DNA of 62,291 nt, the filler included. It is 2 parts of 2 records of this genome, joined end to end, with 100 filler letters (N's around TTAATTAATTAA, not from the genome) between each part and the next. Parts side by side here need not be neighbours in the genome. Positions count along the whole stretch, not along the records: positions 1 to 30,494 come from SRR31156797_119; 1 more part is not named here. One strand, given 5' to 3'. The position numbers and the translations under genes are program-made. Shown piece by piece: positions 9,565-18,411 of this stretch. Numbering within the stretch: position 1 is the first letter of the stretch; each line of letters opens with the position of its first letter. Under the pieces are notes generated by a model that was given only the letters and a program-made list of their open reading frames with translations, ran no database searches and was not told the origin of the DNA.

Positions 9565-10727
9565 GATTTATTGAAATAGTAAAATCTGCTTTCCATGCAA
9601 TAATGGCTAGAAAAACTAGATCATTCCTTACTATGCTGGGTGTAATTGTTGGTGTGTTTGCTGTAGCATCACTGCTTGCTGTAGGTAATGCAAGTATAAG
9701 GCAGATGAACACGGCTTTATCATCACTTGGTGCTGAGGTTATGGAGGGTAATATCTATTCCTCAGACTATGAGATTACTACTGATGATTTGGATGCAATG
9801 AGTGAAAGTGAATTGATTGATGGTCTAGCTCCTTCTGTCAGTACCAGGAGTACTGCATCTAAGGGTGACAATAGTACCAGCGTTACAGTTATGGCTACTA
9901 CAACAGAATATGCTAGGATTGGCAGTCTGGAATTTGCCTGCGGAAGGTTCTTCTTACCGATTGATTATGAAGCAGCGAATACAGTAACTGTCGTTGGTAA
10001 AACCGTTGCACTGACGTTATTTGGTCATACTGATATTTATGGTGAAGTAATTGAGGTAGGTGACGTTAAGCTGACAATTGTTGGCGTTCTTCCAACTATG
10101 GAAGAGGCAATGGGTTCTAATCCTAATGAGCAGATATTTATTCCTCTTACAACTGGCGAAGAGTACTTTGGATTGGATAGTATAACTTCATTTGTTGCTT
10201 CTGCAACAGATACAACAAGTGTTGATGATGCTGTAGAATACATTGAAAGCTATCTGTACTCAGCTCTCGGTGAAGATGAGGATTCATTTGATGTATCATC
10301 AGCTGAAGAAATCCAATCTACTCTAGATGAGTCTAATAAAATAATGATGGCAATGCTAGGCGGTATCGGCGGAATATCACTGCTGGTCAGTGGTATCGGC
10401 ATTATGAATACTATGCTTGGCTCTGTAAGAGAACGCATAAAAGAAATTGGTATACGTAAGGCTATTGGAGCAAAAAGAAAAGATATTATGATTCAGTTTT
10501 TACTGGAAGCAATAGTTCTATCTGGTCTAGGAGGATTACTAGGTATAATACTAACTATTATACTAGCTAAACCTGTAGGAGCTTTGATGGATATGGAAGT
10601 TAAGCTTTCGGTTCATATTTCTTTGCTGGCAATAGTGTTTTCAATTGTTGTAGGTGTAGTATTTGGACTGCAGCCTGCAGCAAGTGCAGCTAAGATGGAT
10701 CCTGTAGAAGCTTTGCATTACGAATAA
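9561..10727 (+). CDS. MacB/FtsX-family ABC permease (YknZ-like)
   Basis: RSFLTMLGVIVG; GIGIMNTML.SVRERIKEIGIRKAIGA; DPVEALHYE. Confidence 0.93.
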   Translation: MRFIEIVKSAFHAIMARKTRSFLTMLGVIVGVFAVASLLAVGNASIRQMNTALSSLGAEVMEGNIYSSDYEITTDDLDAMSESELIDGLAPSVSTRSTASKGDNSTSVTVMATTTEYARIGSLEFACGRFFLPIDYEAANTVTVVGKTVALTLFGHTDIYGEVIEVGDVKLTIVGVLPTMEEAMGSNPNEQIFIPLTTGEEYFGLDSITSFVASATDTTSVDDAVEYIESYLYSALGEDEDSFDVSSAEEIQSTLDESNKIMMAMLGGIGGISLLVSGIGIMNTMLGSVRERIKEIGIRKAIGAKRKDIMIQFLLEAIVLSGLGGLLGIILTIILAKPVGALMDMEVKLSVHISLLAIVFSIVVGVVFGLQPAASAAKMDPVEALHYE

Positions 10728-10765
10728 GCTATATTCCCTAAACCAATGTTTAGTTATTTTATCAC

Positions 10766-10798
10766 ACAAAAAAGGGGCAAATTAAGCTCCTTTTTTGT
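10766..10798. terminator. Bidirectional intrinsic terminator
   Basis: ACAAAAAAGGGGC-N7-GCTCCTTTTTTGT. Confidence 0.8.
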
Positions 10799-10880
10799 TA
10801 TCGTGTAGATATAGTAATGTTCAATAAATAATTGTGAATTACCAGATTAAGCAGTACTTTTAGTTATATTTTGGATTTAA

Positions 10881-10909
10881 TTGACACATTACACTACGTA
10901 ATATATATT
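10881..10909 (+). promoter_or_regulatory. SigA promoter
   Basis: TTGACA-N17-TATATT. Confidence 0.55.
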
Positions 10910-10992
10910 ATGAATTAAGGGTATTTGGTAGATAGATTTGATTTTTTTATGTTATGATAAACATACTATGGTATAATAAATTTTGATATAAA

Positions 10993-11382
10993 GTGGTGAT
11001 ATATATAAAAAGATTATTAGGAAAATTTGATATTATATTGATAATAGTTCTATTATTGCTGGCAGTAGCAGTTTCTCTGTTTAATTATCTGCAGCCATTT
11101 AGAATGCCTGAATATGCACTAATCTATGTTGATGGTGAACTAACACAAGCACAAGAATTGACTGATGAAATGAATACCATTAATATTAAAACATATAATA
11201 GTTCTCTTGAAGTAATTGTGATAGAAAAAAAAGTTTTTGTAGAGAGCTCCAGCTGCACCACAAAAGAGTGTATAAAGAAGGGGAAAATAACAAAAGCTGG
11301 TCAAACGATTTACTGCAGTGAAAGTCGTGTACTGATTACGATAACAGACGAGAATGGACTGTATGAGGCACAGAATGAATAA
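10993..11382 (+). CDS. NusG domain II (DUF1312, EetA-like) protein
   Basis: N-terminal TM, IYVDG, and C-x3-C..G.I...GQTIYC three-Cys pattern. Confidence 0.8.
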   Translation: MVIYIKRLLGKFDIILIIVLLLLAVAVSLFNYLQPFRMPEYALIYVDGELTQAQELTDEMNTINIKTYNSSLEVIVIEKKVFVESSSCTTKECIKKGKITKAGQTIYCSESRVLITITDENGLYEAQNE

Positions 11383-11893
11383 ACTTTTGACTAGAAAAAT
11401 ACTGATAAGGCTGATTACGATTATTATATTTACAGCACTATACATTGCTGAAATTCCCCTGAAGCAGTATATGCCGGGAATTGAGGGAGTGACTTTAGGA
11501 ATTAATAATGCTGTAATACTTGCTGGATTATTTGTTATTGGTGAACCAATTGTATTGTTTATGTTCTTTTTAAAGATAGTATTACATGCTATTTTCCATA
11601 ATACTAATGTAGTCTATCTCTTAGCAGGTGGGCTATTAAGCCTTGGTTCAATGTATGCTTTGAAAAGATTTACTAAAAAATTCGGAATTATCGGTATTAG
11701 TATTATCGGAGCAGTCATATATAATCTGACTACTTGGGTAATAGCTTGCAAACAAATTAGTAACAATATCTTAATAAATAACTTGCCTTTACTTCTAGTA
11801 TTTAGTATTATATATGGTGTTATAACTGGAGTCATAGCTTTCCAATTGATAAGGATATGTGGAAAGCATAAAATTGGAGGATATGATGAATAA
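11375..11893 (+). CDS. Gx transporter family (EetB-like; 'heptaprenyl diphosphate synthase component I')
   Basis: IAEIPL..PGIEGVTLGINN, LAGGLLS, GISIIGAVIYN; ATGAATAA overlap with upstream stop. Confidence 0.8.
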   Translation: MNKLLTRKILIRLITIIIFTALYIAEIPLKQYMPGIEGVTLGINNAVILAGLFVIGEPIVLFMFFLKIVLHAIFHNTNVVYLLAGGLLSLGSMYALKRFTKKFGIIGISIIGAVIYNLTTWVIACKQISNNILINNLPLLLVFSIIYGVITGVIAFQLIRICGKHKIGGYDE

Positions 11894-12839
11894 AAAGAAA
11901 AAAGTATTGGTAATTATTCTATCTGTACTATTGGTAATCAGCTCATTAGCTTGCTTTGCTTCATTAGCATTAAGATTTGGTGTAGCTAGTCCAGAGGTAT
12001 ACAAAGGATTTTTGCCCAAGATTAATGCATACAGTGGCTTTTATCCGGCTTTTAAGGATATGATACTGAAGCAGACTCAATATATGGAGCTTCCCGATGA
12101 AATGGCTATGATACCTGAGCAGGTATTTGACGAAGCTGTACCTGAGGATTATTTCAATACTAAAATTGGTAGTATGTTAGGCGGCGGAATTGGCTGGCTT
12201 ATGTTTAATCAGGAGGAAGCAGAACTTCCTACTAATGAAATTCAAAGCAGACTTACAGAGGCTATTAATAATAATGAAGTCATTGCTGAGGATACAGGTA
12301 ATCTAGCAGAAATAATGGATTTAGCATTATTATCACCACTTGAGGGGTTTGTAGTACCAGATGAATATCCAAGTACGATAAGAGGATTTATTCATTATTA
12401 TTTTACTGGTGGAAATGAACAGTTCCAGAATAATTTTGACTACTATTTTGATGTTGTTTTCTACTACTATGGTAATTTGCTAAATTGGGTTGTAATTGGT
12501 TCTTGTGCGCTTACTATTTTAGTATTTGTAATTTTATTAATAGTAAACAAAAAGCAAAGATATAAGACGTTCAAATTGGTTAAAATTATGTTAATTGTGT
12601 CAGCTTCATTAAATGCTTTAATTGCATTATTTATGTTATTAGGCAAACCATTGCTAAATGGAATTACGACAACATACGCCGATTATATCAAAATGCTGCA
12701 TCCTATAATTAATGGACTTGCTTTGGTATTCTTTGGGTATGCTATGTTGAATCTGATGTTGGCATTAATTACACACTGTGTACAAAAGTATAATGAAGCA
12801 ACAAAAGAAATTGCAAAGCAAGAGAAAATGGCCGCTTAA
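11886..12839 (+). CDS. Hypothetical membrane protein (1 TM, extracellular domain, 3 TM)
   Basis: Long ORF with hydrophobic segments; GGAGG RBS; overlaps upstream stop. Confidence 0.75.
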   Translation: MNKKKKVLVIILSVLLVISSLACFASLALRFGVASPEVYKGFLPKINAYSGFYPAFKDMILKQTQYMELPDEMAMIPEQVFDEAVPEDYFNTKIGSMLGGGIGWLMFNQEEAELPTNEIQSRLTEAINNNEVIAEDTGNLAEIMDLALLSPLEGFVVPDEYPSTIRGFIHYYFTGGNEQFQNNFDYYFDVVFYYYGNLLNWVVIGSCALTILVFVILLIVNKKQRYKTFKLVKIMLIVSASLNALIALFMLLGKPLLNGITTTYADYIKMLHPIINGLALVFFGYAMLNLMLALITHCVQKYNEATKEIAKQEKMAA

Positions 12840-12843
12840 ATAG

Positions 12844-14136
12844 ATGGAGTTTCTAAACAAAATAAGAAAATCATCTAATACCCAAGTAGGCAGTGGTATT
12901 AAGTGGAATTTGTTTTCGTTAGTGTTTTTGGTTATAGCAGGTATGGTATTCAACCTGCTGATAGCCAAAATATACGATGCAGAAGTATTTGGGTACTATA
13001 GCGTAGCTTTTTCATGGTATACAGCTATGTCCCAAGCTACTGTTTTTGGTATTCATTTTTCTGTATTAAAGTATATTTCTGAATATTCAAAAGATGATGT
13101 AAAGTGTAATAAGATTATAGGTTCTGCATTAGCTGCAGTATTAACAACTTCAATAATAATTTCTTGTATATTTTTTGTAATAGTATTACTGTTATCAAAG
13201 GCTTATAATGACCCTACCTTGGTCTCACTGCTTCGTGCAATTCCAGCATTGGTTTTCTTTGCGATAAACAAAGTACTTTTGAATTTTTATAATGGCAAAT
13301 CAAAGATGAAGGAATATGCTGTATTCCAGTCATTGAGAAATGTGCTGTTAATGGCAGCGTTTATTATTATTGTAGGAATGAAATTAGATGGTACATATCT
13401 GACGTTATGTTTCTTAATATCCGAAGGCTCATTATTCCTAATTATTTCAGTATATACTCTGTTTAGAAAATATATTAATTTTAAAGTAAGTTTTTCTTGG
13501 ATAAAGGAGCACATACGATTCGGTTTGAGAATTATGCCATCAAGCTTAGTGGTTGATTTGAATTTCAGAACTGATATTTTATGCTTACGTTTCTTGGGTA
13601 TTAACTATAATATTATTGGTGGATACTCTTTTGCTATAAATTTCGCACAAGGCTTTTACCAGTTGTTAGTAGTTATAAGAAGAAATATTAATCCTAAGAT
13701 AACACAATATTATTCTAATAAAGATTTTGACAGATTTGAGGATTTAAAAAAGACAATAAAGAAGTATGTACCTTTAATTATATCAATATTATCAGTTGTA
13801 CTTGTTGTTGGTTATGTGCTGATTTGCAAAATTATAGGTAAGCCAGAATATTTAAATGCAACTTTCCCTTTAGTAATTATTCTAATTTCAATGTCCATTA
13901 ATAGTTATTATACATGTTTTGGTAATACTCTTAATCAATTTGGACTACCCAAACAGGAATCTATATTAAATATTGTAACCTTAGGATCAAATTTTATATT
14001 AAACATGGCGTTCATTTCATTGTTTGGTATTTATGGTGCTGCTACGGCTACAGCTGTAAGTTATTTTGTATTTTCAACGACACTCTATCAGCTGGTTAAG
14101 CGAAAAGGTAAATATGAACTGAATGTGTCGTCTTAA
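12844..14136 (+). CDS. Wzx/MOP-superfamily oligosaccharide flippase
   Basis: About 12 TM; EVFGYYSVA; TDILCL...GGYSFA; FGIYGAATATAVSY. Confidence 0.85.
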   Translation: MEFLNKIRKSSNTQVGSGIKWNLFSLVFLVIAGMVFNLLIAKIYDAEVFGYYSVAFSWYTAMSQATVFGIHFSVLKYISEYSKDDVKCNKIIGSALAAVLTTSIIISCIFFVIVLLLSKAYNDPTLVSLLRAIPALVFFAINKVLLNFYNGKSKMKEYAVFQSLRNVLLMAAFIIIVGMKLDGTYLTLCFLISEGSLFLIISVYTLFRKYINFKVSFSWIKEHIRFGLRIMPSSLVVDLNFRTDILCLRFLGINYNIIGGYSFAINFAQGFYQLLVVIRRNINPKITQYYSNKDFDRFEDLKKTIKKYVPLIISILSVVLVVGYVLICKIIGKPEYLNATFPLVIILISMSINSYYTCFGNTLNQFGLPKQESILNIVTLGSNFILNMAFISLFGIYGAATATAVSYFVFSTTLYQLVKRKGKYELNVSS

Positions 14137-14161
14137 AAAATTACAATTTACCCATAAACCG

Positions 14162-14188
14162 GCAGACATAAATCGACATAATTCTACA
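14162..14188 (-). promoter_or_regulatory. Tandem Spo0A-box-like heptamers
   Basis: Minus strand TGTAGAA, TGTCGAT, TGTCTGC at 10-bp period versus consensus TGNCGAA. Confidence 0.4.
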
Positions 14189-14294
14189 TTAATATACTAA
14201 TATCCTTTATATATTCTATTCTTTTTTATTGTATAATACATAATATATCGTCTATAATAACATTGAAATATATACATTATAAAAGAGGTGATTT

Positions 14295-15359
14295 ATGAAT
14301 TCTGATTTGTACACTCCAGTGTCAGGAATGCTAAATATTTTTGTTGAGTATGATTCCTATGATATTTTTACAAATGTCGAGATGGTAATAAATCAATTTG
14401 TTTTTGGTGTTGATTATTGTAATAAGAAAATTCTTATCAGTAAGTATGCATTTGAAGCTATTACTGAAGTACGTGAATGCAACTGCTACACCACTAAGGG
14501 GGCAGTATGTTTTATGAGAAAAATATTCAGGAATGATTTTTTATGTGATTATATAAGTGAATATATACCGATATATGTAAAATATGGAGATGAATATGTA
14601 AAATATACGACTATTGAAATCTTTGTTTCAAAGGATAGCGAGAAAAAGATAGGAAGTGTTGTTGGTATAGTAAAGATACTTGAAAATGAATTAGGAAGTG
14701 AAATTGGAGAATTAAAAACAAATCAAAATCTTCATGATGTAAAAAATCAGCTTATGGCTATAGCATCAATATCTAGCACTATCGAAAAGAATACCGATAA
14801 TAAAAAAATAATTGATTATACATATAATATTAAGGATGCTGTATATAATTGTAATTATCTAATCGATGAGACACGTGGAAAAACAATTCCGAATTTTAAA
14901 AATAAGGTAGATGTCCATGAGTTACTAAATTACCATATATCTGTTGTTGAGATGGAAGATAATATTGATACACATTATTTTTTTGAAGCAGAGAATTCTA
15001 TTGTAAGAGGGAATTGTGTAGCAATTTCAAATGTATTACAAAACATATTATTGAATGCTGTTCAAGCGATTGACGAAAAGGGGAGCATTACAATAAACAC
15101 AAAAACTATTGTAAAATCAACCTCACAAAATAATAAAGCAAAAAAAGGAATTGCAGTGCATATATCTGACAATGGAAGCGGTATTGATAAATCAATAATA
15201 AAGGACATATTTGATTATTCATTTACTACTAAAGAGTTTGGTTCTGGTCTTGGGCTGTATACAGCGAAGCAGACGATAAATGCACATAAAGGTACTCTAA
15301 CTGTTGAGTCGGAAGTAGGTCTAGGAACCACATTTACTATATTCCTGCCAAATGCTTAA
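14295..15359 (+). CDS. Orphan cytoplasmic histidine kinase
   Basis: H-box LHDVKNQL; NILLNAVQA; DNGSGI; FTTKEFGSGLGL; no TM, no adjacent regulator. Confidence 0.85.
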   Translation: MNSDLYTPVSGMLNIFVEYDSYDIFTNVEMVINQFVFGVDYCNKKILISKYAFEAITEVRECNCYTTKGAVCFMRKIFRNDFLCDYISEYIPIYVKYGDEYVKYTTIEIFVSKDSEKKIGSVVGIVKILENELGSEIGELKTNQNLHDVKNQLMAIASISSTIEKNTDNKKIIDYTYNIKDAVYNCNYLIDETRGKTIPNFKNKVDVHELLNYHISVVEMEDNIDTHYFFEAENSIVRGNCVAISNVLQNILLNAVQAIDEKGSITINTKTIVKSTSQNNKAKKGIAVHISDNGSGIDKSIIKDIFDYSFTTKEFGSGLGLYTAKQTINAHKGTLTVESEVGLGTTFTIFLPNA

Positions 15360-15367
15360 TTGATACG

Positions 15368-15409
15368 GAGGATTAACTAACTTGTAAATCCTCATTTTTT
15401 TGTTATAAT
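15368..15409 (+). promoter_or_regulatory. Terminator hairpin overlapping next SigA promoter
   Basis: GAGGATT..AATCCTC plus T-run; TTGTAA(15382)-N16-TATAAT(15404) with TG extension. Confidence 0.45.
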
Positions 15410-15442
15410 AATTAAAAGATAAAGAAGATATTGGTATGGATA

Positions 15443-15877
15443 ATGAATCAAAATAGAGATTTAGAGAAGGCAAAAGGATTCTTGGATGAAAATAGATGCT
15501 CTTTGGCAATTGCAAAAGACGGTGATATAGTATTTTCTAGCAAAAGTTCAGGAATATTACCCTTATATCAAGCGTATATTAACAGTCTTGATTTTGAAGG
15601 TGCATGTTTGGCAGATAAGGTAATTGGGCTAGGTGCAGCTATGATAATAGTAAAATTAAAGCTCAGTGAAATATTCACATATACTATAAGTGAATCAGCA
15701 TATTTATATTTACACTCTAACAATATTATGATATCATATGACAATAAAGTTGAGTATATTAAAAACAGAACCAATGAAGGAAAATGCCCGGTCGAAACCA
15801 TGGCGGATGAATCCAGAAATTCAGATGAATTATTATCAAAAGTCGAAGAGTTCTTGAAAGGATTGGGTTTGATTTAA
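15443..15877 (+). CDS. DUF1893 (TM1506-like) protein
   Basis: GILPL, LADKVIGLGAA, IKNRT..GKCPVE motifs. Confidence 0.8.
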   Translation: MNQNRDLEKAKGFLDENRCSLAIAKDGDIVFSSKSSGILPLYQAYINSLDFEGACLADKVIGLGAAMIIVKLKLSEIFTYTISESAYLYLHSNNIMISYDNKVEYIKNRTNEGKCPVETMADESRNSDELLSKVEEFLKGLGLI

Positions 15878-15878
15878 T

Positions 15879-16289
15879 ATGAGTACTTTAATAGCTGTAA
15901 TAGATGGTAAGGGCGGCGGACTTGGAAAGGCTATATGCCAGAGACTTAGCGATATTGGTGGTTTAGAAATAGTTGCACTGGGTACTAATTCGCTTGCTAC
16001 CAGTTCAATGCTAAAAGCAGGAGCCAATGATGGTGCAACCGGTGAAAACGCAATATGCCATATAGCTTCAAAGGCAGATATAATAGTAGGACCAATCGGT
16101 ATCTTAGTTGCCAATTCCATGATGGGAGAAATAACCGAGAAAATGGCATCAGGTATTGCAAACTGCAGCGGTGAAAAGTTGCTGTTGCCTATGCAGAAGT
16201 GTTCTATTTCTGTAGTTGGAGTGAAGCAAATGAGTATCAAGCAGATGCTTGATGAAGTAGAGGAAGAAATCAAGAAACGAATATCTTGA
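15879..16289 (+). CDS. DUF3842-family protein
   Basis: IAVIDGKGGGLG, ALGTNSLATSSMLKAGA..GATGENAI, GPIGI..NSMMGEIT. Confidence 0.85.
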   Translation: MSTLIAVIDGKGGGLGKAICQRLSDIGGLEIVALGTNSLATSSMLKAGANDGATGENAICHIASKADIIVGPIGILVANSMMGEITEKMASGIANCSGEKLLLPMQKCSISVVGVKQMSIKQMLDEVEEEIKKRIS

Positions 16290-16305
16290 AAATATAAAGT
16301 GATAT

Positions 16306-16350
16306 AACCACGAAGGTAAATCAAAGCTGATAAAACCTTCGTGGTTTTTT
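16306..16350 (+). terminator. Intrinsic terminator directly upstream of ECF S-component
   Basis: AACCACGAAGGT...ACCTTCGTGGTT plus TTTT. Confidence 0.75.
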
Positions 16351-16368
16351 ATTGGCGGAAAGGTATTT

Positions 16369-16914
16369 ATGAAATTAAACAAAACAACAAGAGACTTAAT
16401 ATTAGCAGGAATTTTTATTGCTATTGGTGTAGTATTGCCATTAGCATTTCATGCTATACCAGACGGCGGCAAAATATTTATGCCAATGTTTATTCCAGTA
16501 GTATTGGCTGGAGTATTTTTACCGCTAAGATACAGCCTAGCAGTAGGTGCTATTACTCCTTTGCTGTCTTCACTGCTTACAGGAATGCCTCCTATGGCAC
16601 CGCTTCCTATGGCATTGATGATGTGTGTAGAGTTTATGGTAATAACATTTATTCTGTGGATTTTGGTTCAAAAGTGTAGTAAAAAAGTAAAAATGCCTAG
16701 ACTGATATTAGCATTAATTCTGGCTATTGGTTTAGGACAAATTGCAGCAAGCTTGGTACTATGGACAGCTGTGAAATTTTTCTCAGTAAAAGGACCTGGA
16801 ATTGTCGCCTATATTACAGGTGCAGTTGTAACAGGACTGCCAGGTATTATTATACTTCTAGTGCTGATACCAATACTATATTATGCTTTATATCCAAGGC
16901 TTAAGACTATATAA
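16369..16914 (+). CDS. ECF transporter S component
   Basis: AIGVVLPLAFH, FMPMFIPV, TPLLSSLLTGMPP, TGLPGII. Confidence 0.85.
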   Translation: MKLNKTTRDLILAGIFIAIGVVLPLAFHAIPDGGKIFMPMFIPVVLAGVFLPLRYSLAVGAITPLLSSLLTGMPPMAPLPMALMMCVEFMVITFILWILVQKCSKKVKMPRLILALILAIGLGQIAASLVLWTAVKFFSVKGPGIVAYITGAVVTGLPGIIILLVLIPILYYALYPRLKTI

Positions 16915-16925
16915 GTAATAAAGAA

Positions 16926-16955
16926 GTATATCTAAAACATATTTATTCATATAAT
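16926..16955 (+). promoter_or_regulatory. Putative SigE (sporulation) promoter of yqfCD
   Basis: GTATATC-N15-CATATAAT; yqfCD is SigE-dependent in Bacillus. Confidence 0.4.
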
Positions 16956-16974
16956 TACTTTCAAGAGGTGCTAT

Positions 16975-17244
16975 ATGGATACTATTATTGAAAACAGCTC
17001 ATTTTCTATTCTCCCGAAGGATGTTATGAAAAATGAGCTGATTTTGCATATTGTGGGGAATAAGAGGATAGATATTCAGAACCACAAGGGCATATTAGAA
17101 TATAACGAAGATGTAATACGGATAAAATCCAAATATGGAATATTAAAAATTTCAGGCAGAAATATGTTAATAAAAGAGATAGATCCATATACAATAACGA
17201 TATTCGGTAAATTGCTTAGTATTTACTTTGATGGTGGTGCATAA
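16975..17244 (+). CDS. yqfC: Sporulation protein YqfC (YabP family)
   Basis: IQNHKGILEY, LKISG; synteny with yqfD. Confidence 0.85.
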   Translation: MDTIIENSSFSILPKDVMKNELILHIVGNKRIDIQNHKGILEYNEDVIRIKSKYGILKISGRNMLIKEIDPYTITIFGKLLSIYFDGGA

Positions 17245-18401
17245 TGTGGAATTTTCTAATAGATTGTGTTACAATATCAGTTGATGGACTGTCCTTAGAC
17301 AGCTTTATTTCTGAGCTTAATAAGCGAAGAATTAATCTAAAGAATATTACACGAAAAAAGCGAACTAAACTAAGAGTATCTATAAAAAGCAATGATTACA
17401 AAGAGTTTGTACGTATAGCAGATAAATACAATCTGTCATACAAAGTAATAGCCAGGTATGGTACTCCTTATACTTTTTTTAGAGCTGTCAGCAGACCTTT
17501 GATACTAATTGGTGGAATTATAATTATATCTGGTATATTACTGGCTAACTCCTTTGTTCTTAGTGTAAAATATGTTATTGATTCTGATGAGGATACCAAG
17601 AATGAACTAATTGATTACTGTTCCAATATGGGTATTGTTGTAGGAGCATACAAGAGAGACTGGAATATAGACGATATGGAGTTGGATATCTACCTGAATG
17701 TAGATAACATATCTTACGTTAGTATAAAAGATACAGGGAGTACAATTGAGGTTGAAGCTGTTGAGGAAACGCAAAATGAGGTAGATAGAAGTAGAAATGA
17801 AATGGCAAATGTGTATGCAGTTAAATCCTGCATGATACAAAGAATAACACTGTATAATGGAAAATGCTTAGTTGAGGTAGGTGATGTAGTTCAAAAAGGT
17901 CAGCTATTAGTAAGCGGAAATGTGCCCATCAATAACGATACAGGTATTTTGCCTATGGGTGCAGATGCAGATATTATAGGTAGTGTGTACTACACAGCAT
18001 CATCGGATAAATATCTATATGATATTATTAAAGTACGTAATGGTGAAATAAAGAAAAATATAGCTTTTTATTTTGGCGACACTGTATTATTCAGAACGAG
18101 AAAGAATCTGAATAGATATGAAAGTGAATATAAGGAATACAATCTTTTTGAAGGCATTTTACCTATAAAAGTAATAGTTGAGTCTCAATTTGGTGTAGAT
18201 ACTGAGAGAATTGATATCAGTTTAGAGGATGCGAAATACATTGCTGAATCTGAGGCACTTAGGGAAGCTAGAATAAAACTAGATGATAAAGCAGAAATTA
18301 TTAATACATCAGTAAATTTAATTATTAATGATGACAGAGTGACTGCACAGGTTACAATTGAAACAAATGAACTGATAAGTAAGAGAGTTATAAGAGAATA
18401 A
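17244..18401 (+). CDS. yqfD: Sporulation protein YqfD
   Basis: One TM; V.VGDVVQKGQLLVSG; synteny with phoH. Confidence 0.88.
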   Translation: MWNFLIDCVTISVDGLSLDSFISELNKRRINLKNITRKKRTKLRVSIKSNDYKEFVRIADKYNLSYKVIARYGTPYTFFRAVSRPLILIGGIIIISGILLANSFVLSVKYVIDSDEDTKNELIDYCSNMGIVVGAYKRDWNIDDMELDIYLNVDNISYVSIKDTGSTIEVEAVEETQNEVDRSRNEMANVYAVKSCMIQRITLYNGKCLVEVGDVVQKGQLLVSGNVPINNDTGILPMGADADIIGSVYYTASSDKYLYDIIKVRNGEIKKNIAFYFGDTVLFRTRKNLNRYESEYKEYNLFEGILPIKVIVESQFGVDTERIDISLEDAKYIAESEALREARIKLDDKAEIINTSVNLIINDDRVTAQVTIETNELISKRVIRE

Positions 18402-18411
18402 GGAGTAAATA

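Noticed and set aside
16341-16679. 112-aa ORF overlapping the ECF S-component in another frame
   Set aside because: It starts inside the terminator, has no RBS and has implausible composition
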